The position numbers and the translations under genes are program-made. A stretch of DNA of 64,000 bases from an uncultured Candidatus Rokubacteria bacterium (lineage in GTDB: Bacteria; Methylomirabilota; Methylomirabilia; Rokubacteriales; DASRDR01): contig CAWDVE010000017.1 of the NCBI GenBank assembly GCA_963805625.1, forward strand, positions 544,001 through 608,000, written 5' to 3'. Below, in pieces: positions 21,613 through 31,568 of the stretch. Each line of letters begins with the position of its first letter. Position 1 is the first letter of the stretch. The notes beneath the pieces were generated by a model. It was not told the DNA's origin and made no database searches. It saw only the letters and a program-made list of their open reading frames with translations.

Positions 21613-21648
21613 TTGATGGGGGTACTGTGCTGGCTGGATAGCACAGTA
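21613..21648 (+). promoter_or_regulatory. Promoter region with palindromic operator upstream of the GntR gene
   Basis: TTGATG at 21613-21618; TACTGTGCT-N8-AGCACAGTA at 21623-21648. Confidence 0.65.
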
Positions 21649-21669
21649 TCACGTGGGTGGTGATCGCGA

Positions 21670-22659
21670 GTGCTCACAATCGACCGGGCGAGCGGGCTGC
21701 CGATCTACCTCCAGATCCGGCACCAGATCGTCTACGAGATCGCCCTCGGGCGTCTTCAGCCCGGCGCGCCTCTGCCCTCGATCCGCCAGCTGGCCGCGAG
21801 CCTGCGCGTGACGACGGTGACCGTCCGTCACGCGTACGATGCGCTGGCCGCCGAGAACCTCGTGGTGAGTCACCCCGGCCGGGGCGTCATGGTCGCGGAC
21901 CTCAGCGCGGACGCCCGGATCCAGGTGTCGCTCAGGCGCGAGGCGCTGGCCGACCTGTTCGCGCCGGCGTTGAACCGGGCCCGCGCGCTCGGCTACTCGC
22001 CGGAGGAGATCCGGGCGGGGTTCCACCGGGCGCTGGCCGGGAAGGGGCGGCCGCGGGTCGCGTTCGTCGGCTCGGAGCAGGAGTTCGTGGACCGCTACAC
22101 GCCGCTGCTCGCCGAGACCGTGCGCGACCTCGGCGTCGAGGTGGTCGGGGTGCTACTGCGCGACCTCGAGCGCCGCGGTGTCGAGGCGCTGGGGGAGCCG
22201 CCCGAGCACGTCGCCACCCTGGTGCGGAGCTACGCGGCGGTTCGGAACCTTTTGCGGGACACCGCCCTGCCGGTCTTCGGCCTGGCCCTCGAGCTGTCGT
22301 CCGAGACGCGTGCCGAGCTGCTCGCCCTGCCCGGCACGACCCGCGCCGTGCTGGTCGCGGAGCACGTCAACCTCATCGGGATGGCTCACTTGATCGAGCA
22401 GTACTGGATGCCGGCAGGTTCGATCCGCCACGTCCCGCTGGAGAACCGCGCCCTCGCGGCGGCGCTGCGCGACGCCGAGGTCATCATCCATTCCTTGCAC
22501 GCGCGGCGGGCGGTGGCGCGTGCGGCGGCGCCGGGGCGGCGGCTCCTGGAGCTGCGTCACGACCTGAGCCCGATCTCGGCCGCCCGCTTCCGCGACGAGC
22601 TGGTCGCCTCGCGGCTGGCCGTTGCCGATCAGCCCGTGCGGGTGGCCAACCCAGCATGA
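21670..22659 (+). CDS. GntR-family regulator (YtrA-like HTH with long C-terminal region)
   Basis: PIYLQIRHQI...LPSIRQLA...TVRHAYDAL...HPGRGVMV. Confidence 0.9.
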   Translation: MLTIDRASGLPIYLQIRHQIVYEIALGRLQPGAPLPSIRQLAASLRVTTVTVRHAYDALAAENLVVSHPGRGVMVADLSADARIQVSLRREALADLFAPALNRARALGYSPEEIRAGFHRALAGKGRPRVAFVGSEQEFVDRYTPLLAETVRDLGVEVVGVLLRDLERRGVEALGEPPEHVATLVRSYAAVRNLLRDTALPVFGLALELSSETRAELLALPGTTRAVLVAEHVNLIGMAHLIEQYWMPAGSIRHVPLENRALAAALRDAEVIIHSLHARRAVARAAAPGRRLLELRHDLSPISAARFRDELVASRLAVADQPVRVANPA

Positions 22660-22687
22660 ACCAGATCCGACTCACACCGAGGGGAGA

Positions 22688-23965
22688 ATGACCGTGGAGA
22701 ACAAGCGAGAGGCGCGCCAGGCCCGCCTGACCGAGTCCTCGACCGCCTCGTGGCTGTCCGCCAGCATGAAGGCGTCCTTGATGCTCGACTACGCGGACGG
22801 AGGCCTTCCGAGCCCCGTGACGGCCGCGCGCTACCTGAGCGACCTCTCGGAGGAGCTCGGGGACGTCGTGAGCCTGTCGGGCGGGACGATCGGGGACCGG
22901 CTGCCGCCCGACTTCGTCCGGGATGCGGCTCGCGCGGCGGTCGACAAGTACCCACACTACCCGGGGGTCAAGGGCCACCGGGATCTCCGGCAGGCGATCT
23001 CGCGGAAGCTCGAACGCGAGAACGGCATGCTCGCAGACGCCGACGACGAGATCCTCGTCACCATCGGCGCCCAGCAGGTCATCGACAGCACCTTCCGGAT
23101 CCTGGTCGGCGCCGGTGACGAGGTGCTGCTGTTCGATCCCGAGTACGCGAGCACGGAGCCGGCGATCCGGATGGCCGGCGGCCGGGTTGTCCCGGTGCCC
23201 CTGGCGCTCGAGAAGAGCGAGTGGCGCTTCGACTTCGAGGCCCTGGCGCGCCGGGCCACTCGCAAGAGCAAGCTCCTCGTCATGAGCAACGGCGGCAACC
23301 CCTCGGGCATCGTGTATTCCCGCGAGGACCTCGCGCAGATCGCCGACCTGGCCCGGCGGCTCGACCTCTGGGTCTTCTCGGACGAGGAGTACGAGAAGAC
23401 TCTGCTGGACGGGACGACGCACTACAGCATCGCGGCGCTGCCCGGCATGAAGGAACGGACCGTGACGGCCTTCTCCTTCTCGAAGGCGTATGGCATGACG
23501 GCGTACCGGATCGGCTACGCCGTCGGCCCCGCCAAGGTCATCGATCACATGCACAGCATCCTGCGCTTCTCCCTACAGGCCTGCCCGGCGGTGGGGCAGC
23601 GCGCGGCCCATGCCGTGCTGACCGGCGACATGGAGCCCTGGCTGCGCGACAACATTGCCAACCTGGAGCAAAAGCGGGACTACCTCGTCGACCGGCTCAA
23701 CCGGATCCCGGGGGTGCACTGCAACACGCCGAAGGGCTGCTACTTCACCTTTCCGGACGTGCGGGGGCTGGGGTTGCCCACGTTCCAGTTGGCGGAGCAT
23801 CTGCTGCGGCGCGGCCGCGTCGCCGTCGCTCCGGGATTCGAGTTCGGCCCGAAGGGCGAGGGCCACATCCGCATCAGCTTCTGCTTCAGCCTGGAGCAGA
23901 TCGCCGAAGGCATGAATCGGCTGGAGCGGGCACTCGGCGAGCTGCCGGCCCCGCGGCCCGCCTGA
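22688..23965 (+). CDS. Class I/II PLP-dependent aminotransferase
   Basis: NPSG, SDEEYE, SFSKAYGMTAYRIGY (catalytic Lys), HIRISF. Confidence 0.92.
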   Translation: MTVENKREARQARLTESSTASWLSASMKASLMLDYADGGLPSPVTAARYLSDLSEELGDVVSLSGGTIGDRLPPDFVRDAARAAVDKYPHYPGVKGHRDLRQAISRKLERENGMLADADDEILVTIGAQQVIDSTFRILVGAGDEVLLFDPEYASTEPAIRMAGGRVVPVPLALEKSEWRFDFEALARRATRKSKLLVMSNGGNPSGIVYSREDLAQIADLARRLDLWVFSDEEYEKTLLDGTTHYSIAALPGMKERTVTAFSFSKAYGMTAYRIGYAVGPAKVIDHMHSILRFSLQACPAVGQRAAHAVLTGDMEPWLRDNIANLEQKRDYLVDRLNRIPGVHCNTPKGCYFTFPDVRGLGLPTFQLAEHLLRRGRVAVAPGFEFGPKGEGHIRISFCFSLEQIAEGMNRLERALGELPAPRPA

Positions 23966-23975
23966 GGAGGGTTGA

Positions 23976-24959
23976 ATGCGACAGCCCGGAACGTTCGGCA
24001 GTCTCCGGGCCGCGCCGGGGACCAAGGTCACCGGCTGGCTCGACGTGGCGGAGCGGCCAGGAGGGGCGATCCGCTGCCCCGTCGGACTGGTCAACGGCGC
24101 CGAGGATGGGCCGCACCTGTCGATCACGGCGGGAGTCCACGGGACGGAGTACGTCGCCCAGGAAGCAGCGATCCGGTTCTTCCGAGAGCTGGATCCTAAG
24201 GCCGTTCGCGGCGCCGTCGGCTTCATCTTCATCGTCAACGTGCCCGGCTGGGAGGCGGCCGAGACATTCGCCAACCCGATGGACGGGCAGAACCTGAACC
24301 GCATCTTTCCCGGTAACACGAACGGCACCGTCAGCTTCGTGATCGCCCACCGCGTCGTCGAGCTGCTCTCGAACTGGGGCAAGTGGCACATCGACATGCA
24401 CGGAGGGGACGCCTCCGAGTGGCTCAACCCGTTCGCGATCTTCCACCGGACCGGCAAGCCTGAGGTCGATTCGGTCTCCGAGCAGATGGCTCGCCTGTGG
24501 GACACCGAGGTGGTCTGGTCGATGACCCACCAGTCCGGCTACCCGGGGACACTGGTCGGGACGCTGGCCGACCGCGGGATCCCGTCGATCGTGGCGGAGT
24601 CCGGATACCTGTCCACATACAACGAGCCGGAGATCGCGGTACACCTGAAGGGGGCCCGCAACGTGATGCGGGCGTTCGGCCTGGTCGACGGGAAGCCCGA
24701 GCACGCTCGGTCCCGCGACCCGATGATGATGACCGAGAACTGGGTGGCCTACGCCACCCGGGGGGGTGTGTTCCACCCGCAGGTCAAGCCGGGCGACCGG
24801 GTACGCGCCGGCCAGGTGATCGCCGTGATCAAGGACGTCTTCGGCGAGGCCGTCGAGGAGATCGTGTCGCCGAAGACCGGGCTGGTGCGCATCCAGCATC
24901 CGCGCCGCGTCGTGAACAGCGGCAACCCGGTCTTCCGTGGCTGGGTGGTGTCCGGCTAG
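23976..24959 (+). CDS. Succinylglutamate desuccinylase/aspartoacylase (M14-type) family
   Basis: AGVHGTE, NLNRIFPG, IDMHGG, AESG and biotinyl-like C-terminal hairpin. Confidence 0.9.
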   Translation: MRQPGTFGSLRAAPGTKVTGWLDVAERPGGAIRCPVGLVNGAEDGPHLSITAGVHGTEYVAQEAAIRFFRELDPKAVRGAVGFIFIVNVPGWEAAETFANPMDGQNLNRIFPGNTNGTVSFVIAHRVVELLSNWGKWHIDMHGGDASEWLNPFAIFHRTGKPEVDSVSEQMARLWDTEVVWSMTHQSGYPGTLVGTLADRGIPSIVAESGYLSTYNEPEIAVHLKGARNVMRAFGLVDGKPEHARSRDPMMMTENWVAYATRGGVFHPQVKPGDRVRAGQVIAVIKDVFGEAVEEIVSPKTGLVRIQHPRRVVNSGNPVFRGWVVSG

Positions 24960-24984
24960 GGCTGACCCGGAAGGAGGCAGGCCG

Positions 24985-25677
24985 ATGGATCTCGACGGAC
25001 GTTTGCGACGACGTCATGCTCGCTTGCCGGAACCGACCCTCCGGCGCCACGATACCGCGCTGCTCGCGATCGATCTGCAGTACGGCGACGCGCACCGGGA
25101 CCACGGGCTCCTCCAGCAGATGCGTGACCGCGGTGACGGCGCGGCGGTCGAGTACTACGCCAGGCGCCTGGAGGAGTCGGTCATCCCCAACGTCCGCCGG
25201 CTCCAGGAGGCCTGCCGACAAGCGGGGATCGAGGTGATCCACACGAAGATCGAGTCGCTGACCCGCGATGGTCGGGACCGGAGCCTCGAGCACAAACACC
25301 TCGGGATTCACCACCCGCCGGGGTCGAAGGACGCGCAGATCCTCGACGAAGTGGCGCCTCAGGGCGACGAGATCGTGATCACCAAGACCTGCGGCGGGGC
25401 GTTCAATGGCACGAACATCGAGTACGTGCTGCGGAATCTCGGCATTCAGCACCTGATCATCGTGGGCGTCGTGACGAGCGGCTGCGTCGAGGTAGCCGTG
25501 CGCGATGCGGCGGATCGCGGATTCCAGGTCCTGCTCATCGAGGATGCGACGGCGACGTGGTCCGACGACATGCAGCGGGCGGCGATGCGCGCGATGGACG
25601 AGATCTACGCCAAGGTCCAGTCGACGAGCGGAATGCTCGCACGCCTGGAAGCCCTGGGCGTCACGGTAGCCAGGTGA
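24985..25677 (+). CDS. Isochorismatase-like cysteine hydrolase
   Basis: LLAIDLQ (Asp), ITKTCGGAF (Lys), GVVTSGCVE (Cys); AAGGAGG RBS. Confidence 0.9.
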   Translation: MDLDGRLRRRHARLPEPTLRRHDTALLAIDLQYGDAHRDHGLLQQMRDRGDGAAVEYYARRLEESVIPNVRRLQEACRQAGIEVIHTKIESLTRDGRDRSLEHKHLGIHHPPGSKDAQILDEVAPQGDEIVITKTCGGAFNGTNIEYVLRNLGIQHLIIVGVVTSGCVEVAVRDAADRGFQVLLIEDATATWSDDMQRAAMRAMDEIYAKVQSTSGMLARLEALGVTVAR

Positions 25678-25765
25678 GGCCGGCAGGACGCCGCTCCGGA
25701 TATCGAGCGCCGATCACGACATGACCGCAGCGCGGAGAACCGGAACGAAAGGGAGGGCAGAGGCC

Positions 25766-27403
25766 ATGGGCGGACGCGGGAGAGTCGACAGGTCATCGAG
25801 CTCCAATCCGAGCCGGCGCGCGTTCATTGGACTCGGCATCGGCGCGGGGCTGGCGGGCGCCGGCCTGCTCACCGCCCGGCCCTCCTCGGGGCAGCCCGTC
25901 CGGGGCGGGACGCTGGTCCACGCCTTCCGGGATCCGCTCAACACCCTCGATCCACCGGTACCGAACTCGGACTCCCAGTCGCGGCTGCTGAACTCGATCC
26001 TGGACCCCCTCGTGTGGCAGCCCGAGGCGGGCAAGTTCTTCCCGGGACTGGCCACGGCGTGGCAGGTGTCGCCGGACGCGACTCGCTACACGTTCACGCT
26101 GCGCGAGAAGGTGAAATTCCACGACGGGACGCCGTTCAACGGGACCGCGGCCAAGGCCACGTTCGACCGGGTGGTCGATCCCCAACTCAAGGCGCTCCTG
26201 ATCGGACTCCTGGGCCCGTACGACGGCACCGACGTCCTAGGCGACCATCAGATCCGGGTGAGGTTCAAGGAGCCGTTCCCCCTCTTCCTCCACAACCTGA
26301 GCGCGACCGGTCTCCGGCCTGTGTCTCCGACCGCTGTCAAGAAGTGGGGGGCCGACTTCGGCCAGAACCTGGTGGGCACCGGCCCGTTCGCGCTCACGAA
26401 GTTCTCGCCGTCGGAGATCGTCTTCGAGCGTTTCGCGGACTACAACTGGGCGCCGGCGTTCCTGGACCACAAGGGGCCTGCCTACCTCGACCGGCTGATC
26501 CTCCGTCTCATTCCCGAGGCGTCGACTCGCGTCATCGCCCTGGAGCGAGGCGAGTCGCAGCTGATCGACTTCGTCCCTGATGCCGAGGTGAAGCGGCTCC
26601 GGGCCAACCCGAAGTTCGCGGTGGACGTGATCGCGGTGCCGGGCCTGCCGCAGCTGCTTCAGCTCAACGTGACCAAGCCGCCCCTTGACGACAAGCGAGT
26701 CCGCCAGGCCATCCAGTACGCCGTGGACCAGAAGAAGCTGGTCGACGTTCTCTTCTTCGGCGTCCGTCGACCCGGGTACGGTGTTCTCGCCTCGCAGACC
26801 TGGGGCTACTGGAAGGGAGTCGAGGAGACCTACCGGTTCAGTCCGGACAAGGCCAAGGCTCTGCTCGACACCGCGGGCTGGAAGCCGGGCGTCGGCGGCA
26901 TCCGCGAAAAGGACGGGCAGCGCCTGTCGCTCCTCTACATCACCACGAACCGGGCGGAGTACACGCAGACCGGCGAGGTGGTGCAGGACATGCTCCTACA
27001 GGTGGGCATCGAGATGAAGATCGATGCGATGAGCAACGCGGCGTCGCTGACGAAGTACCAGATGAACGAGCACCACATCGGGCGCCTGGGCGAGATCAAC
27101 GCCGATCCGAGCGTCATGGCCTTCCCCGTCCATTCCCGGAATATCCGGGGCGGCACCCAGGGCAACCGTTCGAAGTACACCAACCCGGAGGTCGACGCGC
27201 AGCTCGACGCGGCGGAGAAGGAGGTCGACCCGCGGAAGCGGCTCCAGATGTACGAGACCCTCCAGAAGACCGTGGCCGAGGAGGCGTTCATCCTCGGGAC
27301 GTTCGAGCAGACGCTGATCAACGCCCGCGCCCGGAGCCTGGAGGATGCGTCCTACGACAACCTGGGCCGCTTCTTCTTGCACAAGGCGTGGCTGAAAGCC
27401 TGA
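25766..27403 (+). CDS. Peptide/nickel (family 5) ABC substrate-binding protein, Tat signal
   Basis: SRRAFIG, YTFTLREKVKFHDGTPF, VGTGPF, DDKRVRQAI. Confidence 0.92.
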   Translation: MGGRGRVDRSSSSNPSRRAFIGLGIGAGLAGAGLLTARPSSGQPVRGGTLVHAFRDPLNTLDPPVPNSDSQSRLLNSILDPLVWQPEAGKFFPGLATAWQVSPDATRYTFTLREKVKFHDGTPFNGTAAKATFDRVVDPQLKALLIGLLGPYDGTDVLGDHQIRVRFKEPFPLFLHNLSATGLRPVSPTAVKKWGADFGQNLVGTGPFALTKFSPSEIVFERFADYNWAPAFLDHKGPAYLDRLILRLIPEASTRVIALERGESQLIDFVPDAEVKRLRANPKFAVDVIAVPGLPQLLQLNVTKPPLDDKRVRQAIQYAVDQKKLVDVLFFGVRRPGYGVLASQTWGYWKGVEETYRFSPDKAKALLDTAGWKPGVGGIREKDGQRLSLLYITTNRAEYTQTGEVVQDMLLQVGIEMKIDAMSNAASLTKYQMNEHHIGRLGEINADPSVMAFPVHSRNIRGGTQGNRSKYTNPEVDAQLDAAEKEVDPRKRLQMYETLQKTVAEEAFILGTFEQTLINARARSLEDASYDNLGRFFLHKAWLKA

Positions 27404-27494
27404 ACGACCCGGTCGGGGGGCGCCACCGGGCCCCGGATCCTGGCGGCGGCCGATCGCCCCGGAGGGCTCGCGGCGCCCTCAGGCCAGCCGAGCG

Positions 27495-28454
27495 ATGATC
27501 GGCTACGTCGCCCGCCGGCTCCTGGCGGCCGTGCCCGTGCTGCTGGGCGTCTCGCTGGCGGTGTTCTCCATGCTCCACTTCCTTCCGGGCGACCCGGTTC
27601 TCCTGATGATGTCGGAGTCCGGGGGATCGGGCGCGAAGATGGCAGGGGTGTCCCAGGAGACGTACGAGCGGATCCGCCATGAGCTGGGATTCGACCGGCC
27701 CCTGCCGGCCCAGTTCGGCCTGTTCCTGTGGCGCGCGGTGCAGGGGGACCTGGGACGCTCCTTCCGGGGTAACCAGCGGGTGGCCACCCTGATCGGCGAG
27801 GCCTTTCCCTACACGGTGCGGCTGACGCTCGTCGGGCTCGGGCTGGCCATACCGATCGGAGTCGCCCTAGGGACCCTGGCCGCCGTGCGGCCCGGGTCGA
27901 TGCTGGACAACGGCACCATGGTCGCTGCGCTGTTCGCCGTCTCAATGCCCAGCTTCTGGTTCGGCATCATGTTGCTGCTGGTGTTCGCGCTGCACCTCGA
28001 CCTGCTGCCCGCCGTTGGCCACGGGAGTCTCCGCGCGATCGTCCTGCCGGCGCTGACGCTTGGCCTCAGCAGCGCGGCGATCGTCGCCGCGCTGGTCCGC
28101 TCCAGCCTCCGTGAGGTGCTGGCCATGGAGTTCGTGGCCACGGCGCGGGCCAAGGGGCTGTCGGGCGCCGCGGTCGTGCTCAAGCACGCGCTGCGCAATG
28201 CGCTGATTCCTGTCGCGACCGTCGTCGGCCTCCAGTTTGGCGCGCTCCTGGGCGGCGCGGTCGTGGTGGAGACGGTATTCGCCCGGCCCGGCCTTGGGCT
28301 CATGCTGGTGAACGGGATCAAGGACAAGGACTTCCCGGTCGTGCAGGCCGGCATGCTGGTGGCGGCGGCGGCCTACGTCCTCGCGAACCTGCTGGTCGAC
28401 CTGTCGTACGGTTGGCTCGACCCGCGGATCCGCCTCGACCGGAAGTCGGTCTAG
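27495..28454 (+). CDS. Peptide ABC permease (DppB-like)
   Basis: PGDP, GDLGRS, TARAKGL...KHALRNA, VETVFARPGLG, LDPRI. Confidence 0.93.
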   Translation: MIGYVARRLLAAVPVLLGVSLAVFSMLHFLPGDPVLLMMSESGGSGAKMAGVSQETYERIRHELGFDRPLPAQFGLFLWRAVQGDLGRSFRGNQRVATLIGEAFPYTVRLTLVGLGLAIPIGVALGTLAAVRPGSMLDNGTMVAALFAVSMPSFWFGIMLLLVFALHLDLLPAVGHGSLRAIVLPALTLGLSSAAIVAALVRSSLREVLAMEFVATARAKGLSGAAVVLKHALRNALIPVATVVGLQFGALLGGAVVVETVFARPGLGLMLVNGIKDKDFPVVQAGMLVAAAAYVLANLLVDLSYGWLDPRIRLDRKSV

Positions 28455-28457
28455 CGG

Positions 28458-29354
28458 ATGGGAAGGCGGGAGGGCGTACGCGCGTCGGTCGCCCGTGTGA
28501 TGCGCCCGGGCGAGAGTCCCCTCGGGCAGGTCGTGCGGCACCTGGCGAAGAACCGCGGAGCCACGGCGGGCGGGACCCTGCTCGTCGCGCTCGTGGGCAT
28601 GGCGACCTTCGCGCCGCTGGTCGCGCGCTACGACCCGATCCGGACGAACTATGCCGACGCCCTGGTCGGGCCCAGTCTCCGCCATCCCCTGGGAACAGAC
28701 CACTACGGCCGCGACCTCTTTAGCCGGCTCGTCTTCGGCGGACGGCTGTCGCTCACCGCTGGGCTGCTCGCGGTGAGCATCGGCGTCGTCGCGGGCGTCC
28801 TGGTCGGCGTGCCGTCCGGTTACTACGGAGGGATGGTCGACGATCTCACTATGCGGGTCATGGACGTCATGCTCGCCTTTCCCGGCATCCTGTTCGCGAT
28901 GGCCATCGTGGCCATTCTCGGGAGCGGGCTGATCAACGTGATGATCGCCGTGGGCGTCAGCTCGATTCCCGGGTTCGTGCGGCTCGTCCGCGGCTCGGTG
29001 CTCTCGGCCTCCGAGCACGTCTACGTCGAGGCGGCCCGGAGCATCGGATGCCGCAACCGGCGCATCATGGCGCTTCACATCCTGCCCAACGTCTTCGCTC
29101 CGCTCTTCACCTACGCGACCCTGCGCGTCTCGGTGGCCATCGTGTCGGTCGCGTCGCTGAACTTCCTGGGGCTCGGCGCGCGGCCGCCCACCCCCGAGTG
29201 GGGCGTCATGCTGGCGGATGGCCGCGACTACATGCGCCAGTACTGGTGGCTGGCGACGTTCCCTGGCCTCGCTATCATGATCACCACGCTGTCCATCAAC
29301 TTGTTCAGCAACGGGCTGCGGGACGTGCTGGACCCGCGGCTTCACCGGCGATAG
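28458..29354 (+). CDS. Peptide ABC permease (DppC-like)
   Basis: HPLGTDHYGRD, EAARSIG, HILPN, FLGLG..PPTPEWG. Confidence 0.93.
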   Translation: MGRREGVRASVARVMRPGESPLGQVVRHLAKNRGATAGGTLLVALVGMATFAPLVARYDPIRTNYADALVGPSLRHPLGTDHYGRDLFSRLVFGGRLSLTAGLLAVSIGVVAGVLVGVPSGYYGGMVDDLTMRVMDVMLAFPGILFAMAIVAILGSGLINVMIAVGVSSIPGFVRLVRGSVLSASEHVYVEAARSIGCRNRRIMALHILPNVFAPLFTYATLRVSVAIVSVASLNFLGLGARPPTPEWGVMLADGRDYMRQYWWLATFPGLAIMITTLSINLFSNGLRDVLDPRLHRR

Positions 29355-29365
29355 CGGAGAGGCGA

Positions 29366-31417
29366 ATGGCACGCGTCGCCCGCTGCGCCCTGGTCCAGGT
29401 CGGTAGCGATCTCCCCATGGATCGGCCGGTCGAAGAGATCAAGACCGCGCTCAACGACAAGTGCGCCCGCCTGATCACGGACGCCGCCTCGGGCGGCGTG
29501 CAGGTTCTCGCGCTGCCCGAGCTCTTCAACACGCCCTACTTCGCGGCGGCCACGGATCCGCGCTGGCACGCCGCCGCGGAGCCCGTCCCCGACGGCCCCA
29601 CGACAGCGCTGATGCGGGAGTTGGCCCGCCGGCACGGGATGGTCATCGTGGCGCCGCTCTACGAGCAGGCCGGCACCGCCCGGTACAACTCGGCGGCCGT
29701 CATCGACGCCGACGGGCGGTTCCTCGGTGTCTACCGGAAGCACCACGTGCCCAGCCCCCACGCCGGGAACTACGAGCCCTTCTACTTCCACCGGCCCGAC
29801 ATCGGATTCCCGGTCTTCGACACGGCGCACGGTCGCATCGGGGTGTACATCTGCTACGACCGGCATTTCCCGGAGATCGCCCGCATCTACGGGGTCAAGG
29901 GAGCGGAGATCGTCTTCAACCCCTCGGCAACGGGCGGACGCCGGTCCGAGCTGGTGTGGGAGCTCGAGCAGCAGGCTCACGCGCTGGCCAACGGCTACTT
30001 CGTCGGCGCCCTGAACCGGGTGGGGCGCGGCCAGCCGTACGACAGCGCGGAGTTTTTCGGCAAGAGCTACTTCTGCAATCCGCTGGGCGAGCTCGTCGCC
30101 CAGGCGGGGCGGGGAGTCGAGGAGGTCCTGATCGCCGACCTCGATCTCGACGAGATCCAGTCGAGCCGCGAGAGCTGGCACACGAACCGGCTGTACCTCG
30201 ACCGGAGGCCGGCCACGTACCACGAGATGCTCGTGGAGGGCATCCCGACCCCCGAGACACGGAAAGGAGAGTCCACCGTGGCTCACCGGCAACGAAGCAT
30301 CCACTACGTTCCAATCATGACGGACGAGATGAAGGCGGCGGCCGTCCGGGCGCTGGAGGACGGACGCCTGATCCGCTCCTACCTGGAGAAGGACAGTGAC
30401 GGCGGCCGGTTCGAGGACGAGTTCTGCGCCTATATGGGCGTCAAGCACGGTGTGGCGGTCAGCTCGGGCTTCGCGGCGCTCCACGTCGCGATGATGGCGG
30501 CCGGTATCGGTCCCGGCGACGAGGTCATCACCGAGTCGCGGACCTTCATCTCGGTCGGGGACGTCATCGTGCTGGTGGGCGCGACCCCGGTCTTCGTCGA
30601 CATCGACCGCGACACGCTCAACCTCGATCCCGCCCGGATCGAGGCGGCCATCACGTCCCGGACGCGGGCCATCATGCCCGTCCACAACAACGGATTGACG
30701 TGCGAGATGGGTCTGATCGAGGCGATCGCCCGTCGCCACAGCCTCAAGGTGATCGTGGATTCCTGCCAGAGCATCGGCACGTCCTATCGGGGCGACCGGC
30801 ACGCGACCGTCGGCGACATCGGGGCGTTCAGCTTCGTCCGCAACAAGTCGATGACCTGCGGTGGCGAGGGCGGCATGGTGATCACGGACAACGACGAGCT
30901 CGCCTACCGCGCGAAGCTGCTCTCGAACCACGGCCGCGGCCGAGACTACCAGGAGTCGCACGACGCCGAGCTGATCGGGTACAACTACCGGCTGAGCGAG
31001 GTGCTCTCGGCGATCGGTCGCGTCCAGCTCCGTCACGTGGACGCCTGGAACAACGAGCGCCGGACCAACACCGCCCTCTACCAGGAGCTGCTGGCCGGGC
31101 GCGATCTTCCGGTGACGATCACCGGGGAGCCCGCGTGGGGCCTGCACACCCGCATGCGTTGCGTTGCGCTGGTGCCGAGACGTGACGAGCTCGTCGACCA
31201 CCTGCGAAAGCGGGACATCGGTGTCAGCCCCGAGTACAAGCTCCCCATCCACCTGAACGCGCCCTACGTCCGGCGGTTCGGGTTCCGGCCGGGGCAGTGT
31301 CCGGTCAGCGAGCAGGTTGCCCAGGAGACCTTGGTCCTGCCCAACTGGCCCGGTCTGACGCGGGGAGACGTCGAGTACGTGGTCGACGCGATCGAAGAGT
31401 TCTTCCGCGGCCGATGA
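29366..31417 (+). CDS. Carbon-nitrogen hydrolase (beta-ureidopropionase-like) in frame with a DegT/DnrJ PLP aminotransferase; possible internal start at 30278
   Basis: N part: LPELF, YRKHH, ICYDRHFPE (Glu-Lys-Cys). C part: GIGPGDEVI, PVFVDI, FSFVRNKSMTCGGEGG, GYNYRLSE. No stop between; AAAGGAG upstream of in-frame GTG 30278. Confidence 0.85.
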   Translation: MARVARCALVQVGSDLPMDRPVEEIKTALNDKCARLITDAASGGVQVLALPELFNTPYFAAATDPRWHAAAEPVPDGPTTALMRELARRHGMVIVAPLYEQAGTARYNSAAVIDADGRFLGVYRKHHVPSPHAGNYEPFYFHRPDIGFPVFDTAHGRIGVYICYDRHFPEIARIYGVKGAEIVFNPSATGGRRSELVWELEQQAHALANGYFVGALNRVGRGQPYDSAEFFGKSYFCNPLGELVAQAGRGVEEVLIADLDLDEIQSSRESWHTNRLYLDRRPATYHEMLVEGIPTPETRKGESTVAHRQRSIHYVPIMTDEMKAAAVRALEDGRLIRSYLEKDSDGGRFEDEFCAYMGVKHGVAVSSGFAALHVAMMAAGIGPGDEVITESRTFISVGDVIVLVGATPVFVDIDRDTLNLDPARIEAAITSRTRAIMPVHNNGLTCEMGLIEAIARRHSLKVIVDSCQSIGTSYRGDRHATVGDIGAFSFVRNKSMTCGGEGGMVITDNDELAYRAKLLSNHGRGRDYQESHDAELIGYNYRLSEVLSAIGRVQLRHVDAWNNERRTNTALYQELLAGRDLPVTITGEPAWGLHTRMRCVALVPRRDELVDHLRKRDIGVSPEYKLPIHLNAPYVRRFGFRPGQCPVSEQVAQETLVLPNWPGLTRGDVEYVVDAIEEFFRGR

Positions 31418-31568
31418 CAAGGACGGTCGGAGCTGGAGAACGGAGGCTGGGCTTGACGCGTCAGTGCCGTCGGCGTGAGCATGACACGCCGGCCGCGTGG
31501 CGCTCAGCCTCTCTTCGCGGGCCTGCGCACCTCAGAGCGCTCTGCCACCACCGAGCAAGGAGGACCCC

